Shown here: in pieces, positions 58,953-64,000 of the stretch
How the letters are laid out: every line of letters begins with the position of its first letter
How positions within the stretch are numbered: position 1 is the first letter of the stretch
The notes under the pieces: model-generated
Database searches by the model: none
Seen by the model: the letters and a program-made list of their open reading frames with translations, nothing else
What the model was told of the DNA's origin: nothing
DNA from: a virus
IMG/VR virus record: IMGVR_UViG_3300031825_000008
Coordinates: 1 to 64,000 of that record
Reading direction: 5' to 3' (one strand)
DNA: 64,000 bases
Position numbers and translations under genes: made by a program

Positions 58953-59513
58953 ATGGCAAAGAAAGCACTCGATCTTCAACTGACTGAAGAGGGTAAGGTA
59001 TTTGTCTATGAATACCTTAACAACGGAAAAAACGCCAGCGCGGCCTTCAGGGCGGCTTTCCCTAATAACATTCCTCCTGACCGCCATGAACTGGTCTCCC
59101 GCGCTGCCAAGTATAAGCGCACTGGCGCTGTTGCTGCTGCTCTCCAGATAGCTGAAGCCAAGGAACTCGCCAAGATCGAGCGGGTGATGGATAAGTATTC
59201 CGTTACCAAGGAAAAAATTACTGAGGAAATGGCCAAGATCGCCTTTTCGAATCCCGAAGACGTAATGTCGTGGGGACCGGACGGCGTGGAAATTCGCCCC
59301 AGTTCGGAGCTTACCCCCGAGCAGAAGGCGTCGGTGGCCGAAGTCAGCGAGACTAGGAATGAGAAAACAGGTACTACTGTTAAGATTAAACAGTATGATA
59401 AATTCCAAGCTCTGATGGGGCTTGCCAAGACTCTCGGAATGCTCCAAGAGCGCGTCCAACATGAACATAAGCACGTCGCCGTGTCTTTTGTCATTGAAGG
59501 GAAGGACGATTGA
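58953..59513 (+). CDS. terS: Terminase small subunit
   Basis: Terminase_2-like pattern: N-terminal HTH-like segment; ...ITEEMAKIAFSNPEDVMSW...IKQYDKFQALMGLAKTLGML. Confidence 0.75.
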   Translation: MAKKALDLQLTEEGKVFVYEYLNNGKNASAAFRAAFPNNIPPDRHELVSRAAKYKRTGAVAAALQIAEAKELAKIERVMDKYSVTKEKITEEMAKIAFSNPEDVMSWGPDGVEIRPSSELTPEQKASVAEVSETRNEKTGTTVKIKQYDKFQALMGLAKTLGMLQERVQHEHKHVAVSFVIEGKDD

Positions 59514-59545
59514 CAAATAACAATGCTTAATGATACAACGTCTCT

Positions 59546-59941
59546 ATGGCTAGAGACTTGGAGAAACAACGAGCTTGGGCTCGCGGACCTAAGCGCAGAG
59601 CTTATCTTAAGAAATGGCGCGCGGAGAACCGCGACAAAATGCTGGCGTCCAGCCGCAAGTCTTATTATAAGCACAGAGAATTACAAGTTCGACGAGTCGT
59701 AGAAGGTGTCCGCAAACGTCGTGTTAAACTAGCTGGTCGTCCACGTTCCCCGACTTGCGAAATCTGCGGTGATCCGGCGGAGACAGTGTTCGACCATTGC
59801 CACGACACTGGATTGTTTCGTGGTTGGTTGTGCACTCACTGCAACAGGCATCTAGGATGGGTAGAACGTCATTTAGACTTAGTCGAAAAAATGAAAGTGT
59901 ACCTTAGTGACAACGACTCCACCCGCCGCACCCGCACTTAA
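59546..59941 (+). CDS. Endonuclease VII-family (HNH-like) nuclease between terS and terL
   Basis: CEICGDPAETVFDHCHDTGLFRGWLCTHCNRHLG. Confidence 0.8.
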   Translation: MARDLEKQRAWARGPKRRAYLKKWRAENRDKMLASSRKSYYKHRELQVRRVVEGVRKRRVKLAGRPRSPTCEICGDPAETVFDHCHDTGLFRGWLCTHCNRHLGWVERHLDLVEKMKVYLSDNDSTRRTRT

Positions 59942-61352
59942 TATCAAATTTAGCTACAAAGGCGTTCCTACAATTAAACAATTCGCTAAAAGCGATGCGT
60001 TTATTAGAGGACTTATGGGACCTTTCGGGTCGGGTAAATCTTCCGGGTGTGTGGTAGAACTAATTTCCAGATCATTGGCACAGAAGCCGGGGCCGGACGG
60101 AATTCGTCGTACTCGGTGGGCTACGATCCGCAACACGTACCGACAACTCAACGACACCACGATTAAGACGTTTAATCAGTGGCTCCCCCCTCAACATTTT
60201 GGTCAATTCAAGTATTCAGATAACAGCTACGTTATCACAGCATTTGAGAATACGGAAATCGAAGTTCTTTTTAGAGCCTTGGATAGGCCCGATCATGTCA
60301 GCAACCTCTTGTCATTTGAACTCACGGGCGCATGGGTGAACGAAGCTCGTGAGGTCCCTTGGCCTATTATCGAAGCCCTCCAAGGCCGTGTTGGTCGCTA
60401 TCCAGCCAAGCGAGACGGTGGCCCCACATGGCACGGCATTATACTTGATACTAACCCGCCTGATGTTGACAGTAAGTTTTATAAGTTTTTCGAAGAAACT
60501 AAGCACGACCCGTCTTTTGCTCAGATTTTTAAGCAACCTTCTGGGTTGTCTCCGGAAGCAGAAAACATTACCAATCTGCCCGAAGGTTATTACACGCGTC
60601 TCGCGATGGGTAAAGACCCAGAGTGGATTAAAGTGTACGTCGCGGGCGAATATGGGTTCGTCATTGACGGTCGACCTGTTTATCCAGAGTATAAAGACAA
60701 CGTACATTGTACCGACGCCATTCGTTACATTCCGGACTCCCCCATCTACCGAGGTTGGGACTTCGGCCTGACCCCGGCTTGTGCCTTTGCCCAGTTGTCG
60801 GCCAATGGCCAGCTTATTGTGATCGACGAAATGGTGTCCGAGAGTATGGGCATCGATAAGTTCTCGGATGACGTGATCGAATACAGTTCACGTACCTATC
60901 CCGACGCCGAATTCATCGATATTGGCGACCCGGCGGGCGACCAGCGGGCGCAGACCGACGAGAAGACATGCTTCCAGATCATGCGTTCCAAGAATATCAT
61001 GGTCGAGGGCGGCGGCAAGACCATTTCATTGCGGCTGGAGTCGGTCCGAAAGCCCCTCCAGCGCTTCATTGCCGGTAAGCCGGGCTTTGCGATGCATCCC
61101 CGATGCAAAATGCTTCGCAAGGGGTTTCAGGGCGCGTATCAATTCCGCAGGCTCCAGACCTCCGCCGAACGCTACACCGAGACTCCCGACAAGAACGTTT
61201 ACTCTCACGTTCACGACGCGCTGCAATATCTGTGCACCCGCCTATTCGGCGGCGGGTTGACCACTATGCGCGCCCCGCCCGGCTATGAAGAAGGGGCCGA
61301 AGTCGACGAATTTGCGAACGCCACTGGCCGTTCTGAAGTGACGGGGTACTAA
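59907..61352 (+). CDS. terL: Terminase large subunit
   Basis: Walker A GPFGSGKS. 481 aa, with a nuclease-type acidic C-terminal half. GTG start overlaps the Endo VII gene. Confidence 0.85.
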   Translation: MTTTPPAAPALNIKFSYKGVPTIKQFAKSDAFIRGLMGPFGSGKSSGCVVELISRSLAQKPGPDGIRRTRWATIRNTYRQLNDTTIKTFNQWLPPQHFGQFKYSDNSYVITAFENTEIEVLFRALDRPDHVSNLLSFELTGAWVNEAREVPWPIIEALQGRVGRYPAKRDGGPTWHGIILDTNPPDVDSKFYKFFEETKHDPSFAQIFKQPSGLSPEAENITNLPEGYYTRLAMGKDPEWIKVYVAGEYGFVIDGRPVYPEYKDNVHCTDAIRYIPDSPIYRGWDFGLTPACAFAQLSANGQLIVIDEMVSESMGIDKFSDDVIEYSSRTYPDAEFIDIGDPAGDQRAQTDEKTCFQIMRSKNIMVEGGGKTISLRLESVRKPLQRFIAGKPGFAMHPRCKMLRKGFQGAYQFRRLQTSAERYTETPDKNVYSHVHDALQYLCTRLFGGGLTTMRAPPGYEEGAEVDEFANATGRSEVTGY

Positions 61353-61693
61353 TGGACCTCGTCGCCGCTACTCGAGAATTCGAATCTAAGTTCGACACCG
61401 TGGAATCCACGAAATTGACCGATACCTCCCACTTGGACGTTGTTTGCTCAGGTGGGACTTGCGCTGAGAACGCACCTGTGCCCATTTTGTATTTAGAAAA
61501 GGAACAGGCGGTTAAGGACTGGTTGACGACCGCCACGGAAAAAGCAGGCACGGCTAAAGTGTTGAAGTGGGTCACTAAACCCGAACTCGTTAAATTCCAG
61601 ATCACCATGGCCGACAACAAGCGCGGACATCGGGTGGTCTCCGACCGTTACGCGGTCCGCTCCAAATTCATCGCCGAGGGTGGTAATGGCTGA
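61352..61693 (+). CDS. Hypothetical protein
   Basis: TAATG coupling; 113 aa. Confidence 0.5.
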   Translation: MDLVAATREFESKFDTVESTKLTDTSHLDVVCSGGTCAENAPVPILYLEKEQAVKDWLTTATEKAGTAKVLKWVTKPELVKFQITMADNKRGHRVVSDRYAVRSKFIAEGGNG

Positions 61694-63818
61694 CGAATCG
61701 ACCAACACTGTCCTGCCCGAAGCGGAAACCACCGTCGAATACAAGGCGATTGACCTCGATCAGCTGCGCGACTGGATGGTCAAGCCTAATCTCGTCGACG
61801 ACGTCGATCAGGACATGTTGGACGCGCTGGGCTTCAAATGTAAGCAAGAATACGACTTGGACGTGACCTCCCGTGCGAAGTGGGTTGAGGACTCCAAGAA
61901 GGCCATGGAATTGGCCATGCAGATTTCAGAGGTGAAACAGTACCCGTGGCCGCGCGCCTCGAACGTCATTTACCCTCTGATGACGACCGCCTCTATTCAA
62001 TTCGCCGCCCGTGCCTATCCGGCCATTATCGCCGGTCGCAACGTAGTTAAGGGCGTAGTTGTCGGCCCAGATAAGGGCATTCCCCTCGTTCAGAACGGCC
62101 AGTTCGTCCCCGATCCGCAGACTGGTGGTATTCAATGGCAGGTTCCTCCCGGTGCCAAGCGCATCCGCGCCAACCGTATCGGCGAACATATGTCCTATCA
62201 GTTGCTTACCGAGCAACCCGAATGGGAACCAGAGACGGATAAGCTGCTGCACTTGCTGCCGATCATCGGGTGCGCCTTCCGTAAGACTTATCACGATCCG
62301 TCCAAGATGCGGAACGTTTCGATCTTGGTGCCTGCACTCAACGTCGTTATTCAATATCATGCGAAAAGCTTAGAGACGGCCCCCCGCATCACCGAAGAAG
62401 TGAGCCTATACCCTCTGGAAATTGAAGAGGCGGAGCGCGCGGGACTATTCCGTAAGATACAATACACTGCCCCGTCTGATTCGAAGGATGCAGTCGCGGG
62501 CGACGACGACGCTCCGCAAGTGTTCTTGGAGCAGCACCGCTACGTCGATTTCGACGGTGACGGCTATGCCGAACCTTACGTGGTCACGCTCCACCGCGAC
62601 ACACAGAAGATCGTGCGTATCGTTGCGCGATACGACGACGAGTCTATTCAATTGGATGGCCAGCAGGTCATTCGTAAGATCAAGCCTATTCACTATTACA
62701 CCAAATACGACTTCCTCCCCAATCCGGATGGCGGCATTTACGGCGTCGGCTTCGGCCAGTTGCTCCGCCCGATCAACGAGGCGGCGAACACCACGCTGAA
62801 CATGCTGATCGACTCCGGCCATCTTGCCAACACGGGTGGCGGCTTCGTCGGTAAGGGCCTTTCGATGCACACCGGCACGATGCGCTTCGTTCCGGGCGAA
62901 TACAAGGCCATCAACGTTCCGGGCGGTACGATTAAAGAGAACGTCGTCCCACTGGACTTCCCCGGCCCGTCCGCCACTTTGTTCAATCTGTTGGGCACCC
63001 TGATCGAAGCTGGCAAAGACATTGCCGCCGTGAAGGACGTGCTGACCGGCGAACAGAAGGACGCTAACATTCCGGCGACCACCACGCTGGCCCTCATTGA
63101 GCAGGGCCTCAAGGTGTTCACCGCCATCTACAAGCGCATCCATCGGTCCCTCAAGGCAGAACTTGAGAAGTTGTACCGCCTGAACCGCATCCATCTGGAC
63201 GATATTACAGGTTATCAGGTCGGCGACGAATGGCACATGGTTGGTCGCGAAGACTACGTGAAGGGATCGGGTGTGGAGCCCATTTCGGACCCGACCATGG
63301 TGTCCGACATGCAGAAACTGGGCCGCGCTCAGTTCTTGCTCACCTTTGCTCAAGACCCGATGTTCAACGGAATGGAAATCCGCAAGCGCGTGCTCGACGC
63401 CGCCGCCATTGAACGACCGGACGACTTGCTCAATCTCAATCCGCCGCCTGATCCTAAGATCGTCAAGGACGCGATGGACATGGAGATTAAGGCTGAACGC
63501 GTCAAGGCGGAGGCCATTAAGGACTTCGCGCAGGCCGTGCTGTTCTTGGCGCAGGCGGCGGCGGTTGAAGGCAGCGCGGACCTCGGTTGGGTCAACGCCA
63601 ATCTGGACTACCTCAAGTTGAAACTAGATGGACTGACAAATGAGCATGAAGGAAATCAACAAGCTCCAATACCAGGAATGGCGGAACAACCCGGTAACGC
63701 TGGCGTTCCGGCAGTTCCTACTGGACTACCGGGAGGCCCTCAAGGGGGAGGCTTGGGAGCGCTTGCATCAGGCGGCAATGACGCCGCTGGAGCAGGGGGA
63801 AATCAAGGGACGTTCTAG
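61686..63818 (+). CDS. Portal protein
   Basis: 710 aa directly after terL. GAGGGTGG RBS before ATG 61686. The last ~60 codons overlap the next ORF and have poor GC3. Confidence 0.7.
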   Translation: MADESTNTVLPEAETTVEYKAIDLDQLRDWMVKPNLVDDVDQDMLDALGFKCKQEYDLDVTSRAKWVEDSKKAMELAMQISEVKQYPWPRASNVIYPLMTTASIQFAARAYPAIIAGRNVVKGVVVGPDKGIPLVQNGQFVPDPQTGGIQWQVPPGAKRIRANRIGEHMSYQLLTEQPEWEPETDKLLHLLPIIGCAFRKTYHDPSKMRNVSILVPALNVVIQYHAKSLETAPRITEEVSLYPLEIEEAERAGLFRKIQYTAPSDSKDAVAGDDDAPQVFLEQHRYVDFDGDGYAEPYVVTLHRDTQKIVRIVARYDDESIQLDGQQVIRKIKPIHYYTKYDFLPNPDGGIYGVGFGQLLRPINEAANTTLNMLIDSGHLANTGGGFVGKGLSMHTGTMRFVPGEYKAINVPGGTIKENVVPLDFPGPSATLFNLLGTLIEAGKDIAAVKDVLTGEQKDANIPATTTLALIEQGLKVFTAIYKRIHRSLKAELEKLYRLNRIHLDDITGYQVGDEWHMVGREDYVKGSGVEPISDPTMVSDMQKLGRAQFLLTFAQDPMFNGMEIRKRVLDAAAIERPDDLLNLNPPPDPKIVKDAMDMEIKAERVKAEAIKDFAQAVLFLAQAAAVEGSADLGWVNANLDYLKLKLDGLTNEHEGNQQAPIPGMAEQPGNAGVPAVPTGLPGGPQGGGLGALASGGNDAAGAGGNQGTF

Positions 63819-63915
63819 CACTCTGGAGGAAGTTTCTGACCTGCCGTACGAAGCCATCGCACGGTTTTACATGAAGGAAGAGGAAGAAAATGCAGCCGAA
63901 GCTAATCAAGATTAA
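63640..63915 (+). CDS. Hypothetical head-assembly-module protein
   Basis: 91 aa. GC3 is much higher than in the overlapping portal frame. Confidence 0.5.
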   Translation: MSMKEINKLQYQEWRNNPVTLAFRQFLLDYREALKGEAWERLHQAAMTPLEQGEIKGRSSTLEEVSDLPYEAIARFYMKEEEENAAEANQD

Positions 63916-64000
63916 CTCGTTCGACTTCGTTCAGGCCGAGTGGTCTGGTAAGAACACGTCTGGATACGCCCCGTTCGGGGACCGCGTCCTTATTCAAGTC
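63890..64000 (+). CDS. 5' end of a window-truncated gene
   Basis: GAGGAAGA RBS. Translation: MQPKLIKINSFDFVQAEWSGKNTSGYAPFGDRVLIQV... Confidence 0.45.
   Translation, partial: MQPKLIKINSFDFVQAEWSGKNTSGYAPFGDRVLIQV

Noticed and set aside
63890-64000. GroES-like co-chaperonin call from the GDRVLIQV motif
   Set aside because: Only 37 residues are visible and the motif sits at the wrong distance from the N-terminus. Left as a truncated hypothetical gene.

Overview
The window is one GC-rich tailed-phage genome in a permuted view. It holds no cellular housekeeping genes, and partial genes at both edges show the genome is longer than 64 kb. The layout has four parts. (1) 1-17.5 kb, plus strand: late virion genes (beta-helix and fibre-like proteins, a P22 gp4/gp10-like tail-hub region, Gly/Gln-rich internal or ejection proteins, a receptor-binding fibre), then a lysis cassette (pinholin candidate, SAR GH24 endolysin, overlapping i-/o-spanins) and an HTH-metallophosphoesterase. 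(2) 17.6-47.7 kb, minus strand: SNF2 helicase, HNH, GNAT, a nucleotide-metabolism and replication block, primase-helicase, peptidase-like genes and many small early genes arranged as mini-operons behind near-consensus sigma70-type promoters. (3) 48.1-58.7 kb, plus strand: an accessory module with a NADAR protein, a tandem array of 8 paralogous two-domain genes, a third metallophosphoesterase, a LemA-TPM pair, one tRNA and small hydrophilic proteins. (4) 58.9-64 kb, plus strand: terS, an Endonuclease VII gene, terL and portal. The most important call is a complete 2-aminoadenine (Z-base) DNA cluster at 19.8-25.0 kb: an HD hydrolase, a MazG-like hydrolase, a PurA-homologue with PurZ features, a dATP/dGTP diphosphohydrolase-like protein and a family-A polymerase. 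The features that known families do not explain are the 8-gene paralog array, a 27-bp motif marking the 3' ends of both non-late transcription units, a 740-bp non-coding locus with an sRNA-like unit and a T15/A-rich tract, a helically phased GGGTCC array in the divergent control region, a repeated 45-bp intergenic element, and a tRNA with a non-canonical anticodon arm. All functional calls rest on motifs read by eye and recalled family knowledge; no searches were run.
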